DNA from: Planctomycetia bacterium
Lineage (GTDB): Bacteria > Planctomycetota > Planctomycetia > Pirellulales > S012-138
Length of the DNA stretch: 56,305 nucleotides
Direction: 5' to 3'
NCBI GenBank assembly: GCA_016177915.1
Contig: JACOUI010000087.1
Location: 1-56,305, forward strand
Shown: piece after piece, positions 1-9,319 of the stretch
How the letters are laid out: each line of letters opens with the position of its first letter
How positions within the stretch are numbered: position 1 is the first letter of the stretch
Made by a program: the position numbers and the translations under genes
Notes under the pieces: generated by a model
Seen by the model: the letters and a program-made list of their open reading frames with translations, nothing else
Database searches by the model: none
Told to the model about the DNA's origin: nothing

Positions 1-138
1 ACCTGTGCTCCTTCGAAAACCCGGAGCAGTCACGACTTAGGGCGGCCGAGGCCCATCCGATCCCCGCGGTCGAAGAACCGCCCGGGGAATGGCAATATGG
101 AACTGCAAGGCATTTTTTACAACATCGTTTGCTGCTTC
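1..138 (-). mobile_element. Probable left end of a mobile element (promoter and RBS pointing out of the window)
   Basis: AT-rich 109..131 matches the reverse complement of 56192..56215 at 20/24 columns. The minus strand has TTGTAA-N17-CATATT (about 122..94) and AAGGAG just inside the window edge. Confidence 0.45.
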
Positions 139-308
139 GTACTGTAGCCGCGGGTGCCAACCCGCGGGCCGCCGCCCCATCATTTCGGGGTTTGCCTGCC
201 CGAATTGAACGCCCTGAGTGTAAAGTCCGAATCAAGCGAACGTCTCGACAGCGCCATTTGTCAATGGACGAAGCCGAGTCGCTCGGTAAGAATCTGCGTG
301 CGTGCTCC

Positions 309-352
309 GATTTTCCCACGATCCACGATGATTTTCCCACGATCCACGATGA
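309..352. repeat. 21-bp tandem duplication GATTTTCCCACGATCCACGAT x2
   Basis: Exact copies at 309..329 and 330..350. Confidence 0.95.
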
Positions 353-357
353 GTCTC

Positions 358-603
358 ATGAGCTCACGGCAGCATTACGTGTCGCAGTTCCACCTGCGAG
401 CCTTCGCTGAGCCGACGTTTGTGCCGCCGCACCTGCCGTGGCTTTGGGTTGCCGACTTGAGGACGGGAACTGCGCCGTGCCATGCCCGTCCCCTGCCCGT
501 CGCGCGCCGATTCGCACGTCCGTCCCAGGCGGTCAGGGCGCGCCTGGAAAAGGGCGCGGGCTGGGGCCTAAACATCGTTCCACGCGGGCAAGCCGCGTGG
601 TGA
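358..603 (+). pseudogene. Truncated DUF4238-like gene remnant
   Basis: MSSRQHYVSQFHLRAF...LWVAD resembles the HYVPQFYLRxF N-terminal signature of DUF4238 proteins. The ORF degenerates after about 37 codons. Confidence 0.5.
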
Positions 604-620
604 CGAAGCCATCGCCGCGC

Positions 621-2009
621 TCAAAACGCGTTCCGGTGCCGGAAGCCCGCCAAAAACGTCAGAAACAAAATCCGCAGGTCCAGCCACAGCGACCAGTTGC
701 AGATGTAATACAGGTCGCACTCCACCCGCCGCCTAAGCGACGTGTTCCCCCGCCAGCCGTTCACCTGCGCCCAGCCCGTGATCCCCGCCTTCACTTGGTG
801 CCGCTGCGTGTAGCAGGGAATCTGCCGGCGGAATTTTTCGATGAACACGCCCCGCTCCGGCCGCGGCCCGACCAGGCTCATGTCGCCGGCCAGCACGTTG
901 AAAAGCTGCGGCAGCTCATCGAGTCCCCACTTGCGCATGAACCGCCCGAGCTTCGTGCAGCGGTCGTCGCCGCGGTGGGCCCACACGGGACCCGTCTCGC
1001 GCTCCGCGTCGGCGCGCATGCTGCGGAACTTCCACATCCAGAACGATTGCCCGCCCAGGCTCGCCCGCTCCTGACGATAAAACACCGGTCCCCGGCTGGT
1101 CAGCTTGATCGCCACGGCCAGCGCCAACAGCACCGGCGACAAGAGCAAGAGGGCGACCGTGCCCAGCGCCAAGTCCATCGCCCGCTTGGCCACCTTCGGC
1201 ATGCCGCAGATCGGCCGCTCGCGCAGGGCCAAGAACGTGGCCCCGTCGATTTCCTGCGCGCGAGCGCGCATGCCGGACAGGTTCGGGATGTCCGGCACGA
1301 GCTGCACGTCCACGAGCACGTCGGACAGGATGCCGTAAATCTCCGGCAGCTCGCCGTAGCGCTGGATCGGCATGGCCACCAGCACCTGTTCGATCGCGTG
1401 CCGCTCGACGATCTCGGCAAGCTGCGACACCTCGCCCAGGTAGGGCAGCTCGCCGGAGCGGATGGCGTCGGGCCGATCGACGAAGCCGACGAGGTCCAGG
1501 CCCATCCAGCCGTTCCGCGCCATGGTCCTGGTCACGAGGCGCAGCGTGCGTCCGCTGCCGACGAGCAAGGCCTTTCCGCGATAGAATCCCCGCCGCTGCA
1601 GCGCCGACAAGCCCAGCCACATCGCCCGCCGTAGCGCGATTCCGAACGTGGCGTTCAAAACGAAAAACAGTCCCAGCGCCAAGCGCGATTCATACAGGTC
1701 GCGGCGGTAGAACGTGGCCGCGATGATCAGCAAAAACAAAAGTCCGCTGGCCGTGCTCACCCACAGCGCCTCGCGCCAGGGCCGCTGCATGCGATGGAGC
1801 CGGTGCAGCCCGCAGATGCGATAGGCGACGACCGCCAGCACGAGCGCCCACGGCAGGCCGAGCAGCATTGTGTCCGCGCGCGGCACGCCCGCCGGCGCCG
1901 GCCAGAGGCTGAAACGCACAAGGTACGCCGCGACCCAGGCGGCCGCCGTGGCCAGAAGGTCTCCGCCCAGAAACAGCCAGCCCAGAACCTGTTGATGCCG
2001 CCGGAACAT
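621..2009 (-). CDS. wcaJ: Undecaprenyl-phosphate glucose phosphotransferase (WcaJ/GumD family)
   Basis: N-terminal TM helices, a Rossmann-like middle domain, and bacterial sugar transferase motifs KFRSM, LDELPQLFNVLAGDMSLVGPRPE and GITGWAQVNG. Confidence 0.9.
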   Translation of the reverse strand: MFRRHQQVLGWLFLGGDLLATAAAWVAAYLVRFSLWPAPAGVPRADTMLLGLPWALVLAVVAYRICGLHRLHRMQRPWREALWVSTASGLLFLLIIAATFYRRDLYESRLALGLFFVLNATFGIALRRAMWLGLSALQRRGFYRGKALLVGSGRTLRLVTRTMARNGWMGLDLVGFVDRPDAIRSGELPYLGEVSQLAEIVERHAIEQVLVAMPIQRYGELPEIYGILSDVLVDVQLVPDIPNLSGMRARAQEIDGATFLALRERPICGMPKVAKRAMDLALGTVALLLLSPVLLALAVAIKLTSRGPVFYRQERASLGGQSFWMWKFRSMRADAERETGPVWAHRGDDRCTKLGRFMRKWGLDELPQLFNVLAGDMSLVGPRPERGVFIEKFRRQIPCYTQRHQVKAGITGWAQVNGWRGNTSLRRRVECDLYYICNWSLWLDLRILFLTFLAGFRHRNAF

Positions 2010-2056
2010 GTCGCGCTTCCCTGCGCAGGATCGTTCCTTGAAAAGTCGGGCGGGGT

Positions 2057-2085
2057 CTTATACTAGCGCCCCGTCCAGCGGTCAA
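2057..2085 (-). promoter_or_regulatory. Sigma70-like promoter for wcaJ
   Basis: Minus strand TTGACC-N17-TATAAG about 50 nt upstream of the ATG. Confidence 0.55.
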
Positions 2086-2104
2086 CGCAAGCGCCCTCCC
2101 GCTA

Positions 2105-2719
2105 TCAAGCGCGCAGCGCCTGCGCGTACCGGTCCGCCACCGCCTTCCAGTTGATCAGGTTGTACCATGCCCCCACGTAGTCCGCCCGGCGGTTCTGATA
2201 GAGCAGGTAGTACGCGTGCTCCCACACGTCCAGCCCCAGGATCGGCTTGTTGCTGTGCATCAGCGGGTTGTCCTGGTTGGGCGTGCTCTCGATGAGGAGT
2301 TTCTTGTTGGCGTCGAGGCTCAGCCAGGCCCAGCCGCTGCCAAACCGCCCCAGCGCCGCGGCCGTGAACTTCTCCTTGAACCCGGCATAGCCGCCGAAGG
2401 CGTTATTGATGGCGGCCCCCAAGTCGCCGGTCGGGTCGCCGCCGCAGCCGCGGCCCATGATCGTCCAGAACATGGAGTGGTTGGCGTGGCCGCCGCCGTT
2501 GTTCCGCACGGCCGTGCGGATGTTCTCCGGCACGGTGTCGATCTTCGCCACCAGCGTCTCGATCGGCTGGTCGCCCAGGTTGCTGCCCTCCAGCGCCTTG
2601 TTCAGGTTCGTCACGTACGTGGCGTGGTGCTTGCCGTGATGGATTTCCATCGTCTTGGCGTCGATGTGCGGGTAGAGCGCCGAAAACGGGTAAGGCAGTT
2701 CGGGAAGCGTGTAAGCCAT
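2105..2719 (-). CDS. sodA: Superoxide dismutase, Mn-type signature
   Basis: [30 protein letters not shown] and DVWEHAYY motifs. GGG and Q residues are typical of MnSOD. Confidence 0.95.
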   Translation of the reverse strand: MAYTLPELPYPFSALYPHIDAKTMEIHHGKHHATYVTNLNKALEGSNLGDQPIETLVAKIDTVPENIRTAVRNNGGGHANHSMFWTIMGRGCGGDPTGDLGAAINNAFGGYAGFKEKFTAAALGRFGSGWAWLSLDANKKLLIESTPNQDNPLMHSNKPILGLDVWEHAYYLLYQNRRADYVGAWYNLINWKAVADRYAQALRA

Positions 2720-3061
2720 GGCAGGACCTCAGCAGGGTAAGAGTCGTCCGTCGAACGCAGCGCGACGCGCCTGCGATTTCAATGCCCCCATGCAGAAACA
2801 CCGCAGCGGCCGTGCATGCGTTGCGCGCAGCATACAAAATGGCCCTGGCTGTGACAATTGCCCGCCCGCCAATGTCGCCGTCCGCCCGTCCGCCGGCGTC
2901 TCGCCAATCGCGCTTGACGCGCCTGGCCGATTGTCCCTACCATCCCGCCCCGCGCCGCGCCGGCGCTTCCGGCACGCGCGCGCGCCGTCAGCGTTGCTAG
3001 CAGCCGCCCCAAAAAGGCGCGCGGCGACGGCATCGACCGCGACCCTTTCAGCGGGCCTACC

Positions 3062-6000
3062 GTGCGACTCGGCTGGCGATGGATCGTGTGGGGATTGGCC
3101 TTCCTCGTGCTGGCCGGCCTCGTGGCGGTGCTGTATTTCGAGCGCCAGCTTGACGAAGAGGTCCGCCGGGAAGTTCAGAAGCGGATCGCGGCGCAGTACC
3201 CCCACCTCGTTGTGGCCGTCCGTTCGGCGCGCGTCATCGACGGCGAGGGGATTTCGGTGCGGGGGGTGACGCTGTCGCTGCCGGGCTCGGCCGGACGGGG
3301 CGCCGACCTCGCGTACATCGACGAGGTCATGCTGTGTTGCGACGCCGGCGTGCCGCAGCTTCTATCGGGCGACGTGACGATCCGTTCGTTCGCGATCCAC
3401 CGGCCGAACCTCCACTTCGTGCGCCGCCCGGACGGCTCCACGAACTTCGACCAGCTCGCGCCGTCGGGCGAGATGGATGCGCTCGTTTCGCTCGAGGGCA
3501 CGATCGAGAACGGCACGCTGGAGTGGCTCGACGAGCAGAAGACGCCGCCGCGACTCGTGACCCTTCGCGACGTGAACCTCAAGTTCGCGCGCAGGCCGGC
3601 CAGTCCGCAGCAGCGCGCGAAAACCGACGCGCAAGACGCGGCCGAGAAACTGGAGCCGGCGCCGCGGGCGCTGCTGGAAATCCAGGGCGGCTGTCGCGGC
3701 GACCATCTCGACTCCGGAACGATCGAGGGCGTCTACGACGAATCGTCCGGCGCGTTCACTATCGAGGGCGACGTCTCCGGCTTGGACATCTCGCCGGAGT
3801 TCGTGGAATCGCTGCCGGCCGAGCTGCAAACCGCGGTTGCGGCGCAGTTCGCCGGCCGGCTGCGAGCCGCCGCCCACTACGCCGTCGCCTTCCATCCCGC
3901 CCGCGAAGCCCCCTGGCATTTCGACGTGACGGCCGACATCCAGCGCGGAAGGATCGACGACCCGCGGCTCCCCTTCCCGTGCACCGACCTGCGCGGGAAG
4001 GTGCGCGTGGCCACGGACGAGTTGGAGATTAAGGACCTCGTCGCCCGCAGCGGCCAGACGGAATTGACGCTGTCCGCCGTGCGCGCCGGCTACGCCGAGA
4101 ATTCGCCCTGGACCGTGAACCTCAAAGGGCGCGAATTGCCTATCGACGGCCGCGTCTTCGAGGTGCTGCCCAAAGAATGGCGGTCGGCCTGGGAGTCGTT
4201 TTCGCCCGCAGGGCTCGTCGACGTGGAGGGCGAGATTCGATTCGACGGCCGCACGTGCGTCCCCCACCTCAACGTGACCGTGCGGAACGGCTCGTTTGCC
4301 TATTGGGGCTATCCCTATCGGGTCGAACGGGCCTACGGCACGATCGGCTGGACCGGCGACAAAATCGACCTCAACCTGATCGCCTATGCGCGCACCGACA
4401 AGCTGAGCATCGTCGGCGAGCTGCGCTCGCCGGGCCCGAACGTTTACGGCGACGTCAAGGTCACGGGCAAGAATGTGCGGCTCGATCAGGACCTCGTCGC
4501 CGCGCTGGACGAGCGGCCCCGCGCCGTCGTCACGTCGTTCCGACCCAGCGGGAGCTTCGGCCTGTGGGCGCGCTTTTGGCGCGAGCCGCGCGAGGAGTGG
4601 TTCCACCAGCACCTCGTCCTCAGCGTGGCGGGCGGGTCGATCGCATACGACGGCTTCCCCTACCCGCTGCAAAACCTCCGCGGGGTCCTGGAGGGGCTCG
4701 ACGGCGCGTGGACGTTCAAGGACCTATCGGCCAGCAGCGGCTCGGCGCGCCTGACCGGCGACGGTTATCTCGTCCCGCGGAAGGACGGCGCGGAAGTCGT
4801 GCTCAACGTGACCGCGAAGGACGTGGCGCTGGACCAGGACCTCTTGGGGGCCCTCAACCCGCCGGTGCAGGAGGTGTGGGCGGAGCTTCAGCCGCGCGGG
4901 CGGATCGACCTGAATACGACCATCCAGTACCTGGCGGGCGGCAAGAAGCTCAACTTGGACGTGACGGTGATTCCGCGCGGCGACTCGGCGTCGCTCGAGC
5001 CGCGGTCGTTCCCCTGGCGCATGGAAAAGGTGCAGGGCGAGATCAAGTTCAAGGACGGCCGCACGACGATCGTCAAGCTGTCGGGCGTCCACGGCGACAC
5101 GGTCGTCGCCACGCGCGGCTTCGCCGAAACCGAGGGCGGCGGCCGCTGGCATCTGCACCTGGACGGCCTGGCCATCGACAACCTGGCCGTCGACCGCGAC
5201 CTGCTGCACGCCGCCCCGGAGTCTTTCGGCAGCCAGCTTTCCGCGCTCAACATCGCAGGCCTGCTCAACGTCCGGGGCAAGATCGACATTTATCGCACCG
5301 ACCCGCACAAGCCCTTTGCGATCGTCTGGGACGCGGAGCTTTTCTGCCGTCGCAATGCGATCGACGCGGGCGTGCGGCTGGAGAACATCTACGGCAGCCT
5401 GAAGCTGAAAGGATCGGCCGCCGGGGATCAGGTACGCTCCGAAGGCGCGCTCAAGATCGATTCGCTCTCCTGCCGCGATTGGCAGCTTACCGACGTGCGC
5501 GGCCCGATCTGGATCGAAAACGACCGCGTGCTGCTCGGGGCCCCCGACGCGGAGAAAATCGAGCCCGGCAAAAACCCGCACCTCACGGCGTCGGCCTATG
5601 GCGGATCGATCTACGGCGACTTCTGGATCGTGCGCGGCGAGCCGTCGAAGTTTGCGCTGCGGGCCTACGTGACGAAGGCCGACTTGGCGCGGCTCGCCCT
5701 GGAGCACGCCGCCGGGCGGCAAAGCGTCTCGGGCAAGCTGGACGCGGCCTTGGAGCTGACCGGCACGACCGAGGGCGTGCGGAGCCTGGCCGGGCAGGGG
5801 GCCGCCGAGCTCAGCGACGCCAACATCTACGAGCTGCCCCTGATGGTCTCGCTGCTCAAGGTCGCGCGCTTGCAGCCCGTCGATGGAACGGCCTTCACCA
5901 CGGCCGATTGCCGGTTTCGCATCCAGGCCGACCACGTTTATTTCGACCGCCTGAACTTCAACGGCGACGCGATCAGCCTGCTGGGCAAGGGCGAGGTGGA

Positions 6001-6289
6001 CTTCGACCGCCACGTGGTGCTTTCGTTCCGTTCGCGGGCCGGCCGCGAGGACGCCCGCCGCACCATCCCCTTTGTCAGCGACCTGATCCGCGGCGCCAGC
6101 CAGCAGTTCGTGATGCTCAACGTGACGGGCACGCTGGACGACCCGGAAATCCGCAACGAGCCGCTGCCGGCGGTGACCGAGGCCTTGCAGGAGATCGGGC
6201 AGGGCTTGCAGGAGGCGGCGCCAGGCAGCAAGCCCGCGCCGCGCGGCGCCCCGCGAAACGAGTCTTCGCGGCCGAAGGTGTTTCGGTAG
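3062..6289 (+). CDS. AsmA-like / YhdP-like large envelope protein
   Basis: Single N-terminal TM, about 1000 aa of repetitive beta-rich sequence, and an AsmA-2-like C-terminus (LLGKGEVDF...VTGTLDDP). Confidence 0.7.
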   Translation: MRLGWRWIVWGLAFLVLAGLVAVLYFERQLDEEVRREVQKRIAAQYPHLVVAVRSARVIDGEGISVRGVTLSLPGSAGRGADLAYIDEVMLCCDAGVPQLLSGDVTIRSFAIHRPNLHFVRRPDGSTNFDQLAPSGEMDALVSLEGTIENGTLEWLDEQKTPPRLVTLRDVNLKFARRPASPQQRAKTDAQDAAEKLEPAPRALLEIQGGCRGDHLDSGTIEGVYDESSGAFTIEGDVSGLDISPEFVESLPAELQTAVAAQFAGRLRAAAHYAVAFHPAREAPWHFDVTADIQRGRIDDPRLPFPCTDLRGKVRVATDELEIKDLVARSGQTELTLSAVRAGYAENSPWTVNLKGRELPIDGRVFEVLPKEWRSAWESFSPAGLVDVEGEIRFDGRTCVPHLNVTVRNGSFAYWGYPYRVERAYGTIGWTGDKIDLNLIAYARTDKLSIVGELRSPGPNVYGDVKVTGKNVRLDQDLVAALDERPRAVVTSFRPSGSFGLWARFWREPREEWFHQHLVLSVAGGSIAYDGFPYPLQNLRGVLEGLDGAWTFKDLSASSGSARLTGDGYLVPRKDGAEVVLNVTAKDVALDQDLLGALNPPVQEVWAELQPRGRIDLNTTIQYLAGGKKLNLDVTVIPRGDSASLEPRSFPWRMEKVQGEIKFKDGRTTIVKLSGVHGDTVVATRGFAETEGGGRWHLHLDGLAIDNLAVDRDLLHAAPESFGSQLSALNIAGLLNVRGKIDIYRTDPHKPFAIVWDAELFCRRNAIDAGVRLENIYGSLKLKGSAAGDQVRSEGALKIDSLSCRDWQLTDVRGPIWIENDRVLLGAPDAEKIEPGKNPHLTASAYGGSIYGDFWIVRGEPSKFALRAYVTKADLARLALEHAAGRQSVSGKLDAALELTGTTEGVRSLAGQGAAELSDANIYELPLMVSLLKVARLQPVDGTAFTTADCRFRIQADHVYFDRLNFNGDAISLLGKGEVDFDRHVVLSFRSRAGREDARRTIPFVSDLIRGASQQFVMLNVTGTLDDPEIRNEPLPAVTEALQEIGQGLQEAAPGSKPAPRGAPRNESSRPKVFR

Positions 6290-6293
6290 GCGC

Positions 6294-6449
6294 TGTAGGA
6301 CGGACTTCAGTCCGTCCCGCTGGAAGACGGACCTTAGACCGTCCCTCTGCCCGGAAACTGCACGCCGCGCAAAGAAGCGACTAAAGTGCACGAAGCGACG
6401 AACGGCCTGAGATGCGCCGAGCGATGGACGGACTGAAGTCCGTCCTACA
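6294..6449. repeat. GTAG-type REP inverted pair
   Basis: TGTAGGACGGACTTCAGTCCGTCC at 6294..6317 and its perfect reverse complement at 6426..6449. Each copy is internally palindromic, with a degenerate third copy near 6325..6343. Confidence 0.85.
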
Positions 6450-6465
6450 GGAAAAATCGGACCCC

Positions 6466-7209
6466 ATGCAAATCCTGCTCGACGATGCTGCGCTGCTGGC
6501 GGTGAACAAGCCTCCGGGATTGTTGACCCAGGCGCCGCCGGGCATCGAGAGTCTCGAGTTTGACGTCAAGCGGCTGCTCGCCGCGCGGAAGGAGCAGGCC
6601 GAAGGGCGGCCCGTTGCGCCGGAGACCGTTTACCTGGGCGTGCCGCACCGCTTGGACCGGCCCGTTTCCGGGGCCATCGTCTTCGCCCTCGATCGCAAGT
6701 CGGCGCGGATTCTGGCGCGGCAGTTCGAGCACCGCCACGTGCGAAAGCTGTATTGGGCCTGCGTGGAAGGCACGGTCGATCCGCGGGAGGGCACCTGGGT
6801 CGATCAAATCCGAAAAGTCCCCAACCAGGCCCAGGCCGAGATCGTGCTGGCCGACCACCCCGAGGGCCGCCCCGGCATCCTCCATTACCGCGTGATCGGC
6901 ACGACCCGCTTCGGCGCCTGGCTCCAGATCGAGCTGGAGACGGGGCGGATGCACCAGGTGCGGGTTCAGGCCGCCGCCCGCGGCTGCCCGGTGCTGGGGG
7001 ACGCGCAATACGGTTCGCGCGTCGCCTTTGGACCGCAGCACGAGGACGCTCGGCTTCGGGCGATCGCCCTCCATGCCCGATTCATCTCGTTTCGCCATCC
7101 CCGCACGCGGCAGCAGATGGAGCTGACGGCGGAGCCGCCGCCCGCCTGGCACGACCTCAACCTCCTGCGGACGGACGGGGAAGGGACGGAAGGCGCGCGT
7201 GGCGCGTAA
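6466..7209 (+). CDS. RluA-family pseudouridine synthase
   Basis: VNKPPG, HRLDRPVSG (catalytic Asp), TGRMHQVR, GDAQYG and LHA motifs. Start moved to ATG 6466 because the upstream ORF extension is REP-derived. Confidence 0.9.
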   Translation: MQILLDDAALLAVNKPPGLLTQAPPGIESLEFDVKRLLAARKEQAEGRPVAPETVYLGVPHRLDRPVSGAIVFALDRKSARILARQFEHRHVRKLYWACVEGTVDPREGTWVDQIRKVPNQAQAEIVLADHPEGRPGILHYRVIGTTRFGAWLQIELETGRMHQVRVQAAARGCPVLGDAQYGSRVAFGPQHEDARLRAIALHARFISFRHPRTRQQMELTAEPPPAWHDLNLLRTDGEGTEGARGA

Positions 7210-7223
7210 GCCGGGTCGAGTGC

Positions 7224-7445
7224 TCAGTTACCTTTCGCGCGATTCGCTTTTCCCTTGAAGAACTCCTTGTCGTAGCGGAATTCGACGCCTGGGTGGTCCT
7301 TGCCGACGTGCTCGATTTGTTTCTGTAGAACTTCCGCGGCGGTCTTTTCTCCCTTGGCCTTCTTCCCGAGGCTGTTCATCCGGGCCATCCAATAGAGCAT
7401 TCGCAGCTCGCCCTGTTGAGCTTCATTGGAAAGTCCTCCGTTCAT
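7224..7445 (-). CDS. Small hypothetical protein (73 aa)
   Basis: Natural Lys/Glu-rich composition unlike the shadow ORFs; no recognised motif. Confidence 0.55.
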   Translation of the reverse strand: MNGGLSNEAQQGELRMLYWMARMNSLGKKAKGEKTAAEVLQKQIEHVGKDHPGVEFRYDKEFFKGKANRAKGN

Positions 7446-8025
7446 CTATCTATGCCGTGATAGATATGAGAGTAGGAATCGCGGATCGTGCCGTCAACGA
7501 GGCGCCCTCAGGTCAGAGGCTCGGAGGCCCGAAGAGGGGGCTCGATGGAACGTGCCGCGACCGAAGACGCGCCTGCGATCTGAGCGGTAGAACGGCGGTT
7601 CATGTCGATGTCGAACGCAACACACAGTGGATTCCTATCGGCTTGACCCAGGCCGCCTCACTCGGACTCTCGGCTCGCGGATTTGCGAAGAAATCGCCCG
7701 CAGGGCGATGCCAGCGGTCCGCCGCGCCCTTGCCCAGATTCCCAAAGCCCCTTCCCCACTTTCTCGCTGGAAAAAAATCCGAAGAAAATCGCGCCGCCCC
7801 AAATCTCCGCCGTTTTCCGGCTGCCTACGGATTAAGCAAATGGGGGTCTGCCCGATCAGGGGCAGTCTTGCCTGCAACGCTGGCACTAGCAACGCATGCA
7901 CGTAAGTGCCTGCGAAGCAAAGACATTGGTGCTGCTCTTGACTTCAATCAACATTTTTTGCAGAACTCGCCCCCGTGGCCGCGAAAAAGGATTTTCAAGG
8001 TTGTCCATTTTGGAAGGAGTCACCG

Positions 8026-8496
8026 ATGCCCGAGACCCAGACCCCGTACCGCTCTGACACCTACGCTTCCAACGGCGGCAACTCGTCCGCTGTGGCGACG
8101 ATGGTCGAATGCGACCCGAAGAAGTGCCAGGAGGCCTACCGCGCCGCGTCCGAACTGTTCCGGCAGAACCCCGACTGGGTGAGCTTCTACCGGCAGGTGT
8201 TGGGCGTGGGCGGCGTCGTGCGGCAGCTCTACCCCACGCAGGAAGCCTGCACTGCCTTCGAGCAGACGAAGGAGTACGAGGAGATCCAGCGCATGCTGGC
8301 CAAGCTGCGCGAGCAGTCCAACGGCAAGCAGCCCTCGGCCCAGTTCGAGCCGACCCGCGTGATCACCGTCCGGCTCCCCAAGAGCCTGCACGAGTCGCTG
8401 CGGGCCGAAGCCCACGAGAAGCACACCAGCATGAACAAGCTGTGCATCTCGAAGCTCGTGCAGTTCATCGACAACGAGCTGGTGCCGACGGAGTAG
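8026..8496 (+). CDS. Planctomycete protein with C-terminal HicB-like ribbon-helix-helix domain
   Basis: AAGGAG RBS before ATG 8026. C-terminal RVITVRLPKSLHESLRAEAHEKHTSMNKLC is an RHH pattern. Confidence 0.75.
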   Translation: MPETQTPYRSDTYASNGGNSSAVATMVECDPKKCQEAYRAASELFRQNPDWVSFYRQVLGVGGVVRQLYPTQEACTAFEQTKEYEEIQRMLAKLREQSNGKQPSAQFEPTRVITVRLPKSLHESLRAEAHEKHTSMNKLCISKLVQFIDNELVPTE

Positions 8497-8634
8497 CCGA
8501 CGAGGTGTGGTAGGGTGGGCGGAGCAAGCCAGGCAGGCCCTGCTGCTTCGCTCGCCACCCCCTTCGGTCCCAGTCCGAAAAAGGCGTCGCCGGCGCAACA
8601 GCTTGCGACGCCCACCGTGCGTGGCGGCCAGTGC

Positions 8635-9084
8635 CGAAGTGAGCCTGTAAGCCGGGTTCTGTGCCCCGCCTTGCGGCGGGCGGCGGCCATTTCTCTGGGA
8701 GGCCGATTGCTCGGACCCTCTCGCGCCGCCGCGGAGCTTGCGCCCCGCGGACGGCGGCATGGCGACCTACCCGGAAGTCGATAGTGGACCGGACCAGCCC
8801 ACGCAGGCTGCGGGACTCTTGCGAGGTCCGCAGCCTGCTTGCTTCCTGCTTGGTCTTGCTCCCGGCGGGGTTTGCCCTGCCGGCCCGATCGCTCGGACCG
8901 CGGTGCGCTCTTACCGCACCATTTCACCCTTACCGTCGCCGCGGCTTGCGCCGCGGCGAAGGCGGTATCGTTTCTGTGGCACTTTCCCGGGTCTTTTGAC
9001 CGGTGGGAGTTACCCACCGCCGTGTCCTGTGGAGCCCGGACTTTCCTCTGGCCTTTGGGGCCAGCGGCCGCCCGGCTCACTGCG
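8635..9084 (-). ncRNA. rnpB: RNase P RNA (type A)
   Basis: Minus-strand universal motifs GAGGAAAGUCCGGGC, AAGUGCCACAGAAA, GGGUGAAAUGGUGCGGUAAGAGCGCACC, GGCAAACCCC and ACAGAACCCGGCUUA, with complementary 5'/3' P1 ends. Confidence 0.97.
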
Positions 9085-9319
9085 GCACTAGCCGCCAGAC
9101 GGATGGATCGCCTGGCGGATTTCTCGGTAACGTTTCCTGGCAGCGGACGATTCCGCGGTCATAAGGTGATTATACGAGGATTTGCGGCGGCGTTGCGGGC
9201 GACCGTTGAGAATAAGACGCTTAAGGTGAGGGGAAGTTCACTTTGGATCGCCGGCTCTTGTTGCACGGCGCCCGTTTACAGACGAGAACGGTAAGGGTTC
9301 CTTAACCCCGGGCCAGCGA

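Noticed and set aside
145-182. tRNA-3'-like hairpin GCGGGTGCCAACCCGCGGGCCGCCGCCCCA
   Set aside because: Lacks the TTC T-loop consensus and any upstream cloverleaf.
6412-6465. N-terminal extensions of RluA, and likewise of the 50811..52745 ORF
   Set aside because: The extensions are translations of REP repeats (DGLKSVLQ; GVGVSPA); downstream ATGs are more plausible starts.
8026-8496. HicAB toxin-antitoxin module
   Set aside because: No HicA-like toxin ORF is adjacent; only the RHH domain is similar.
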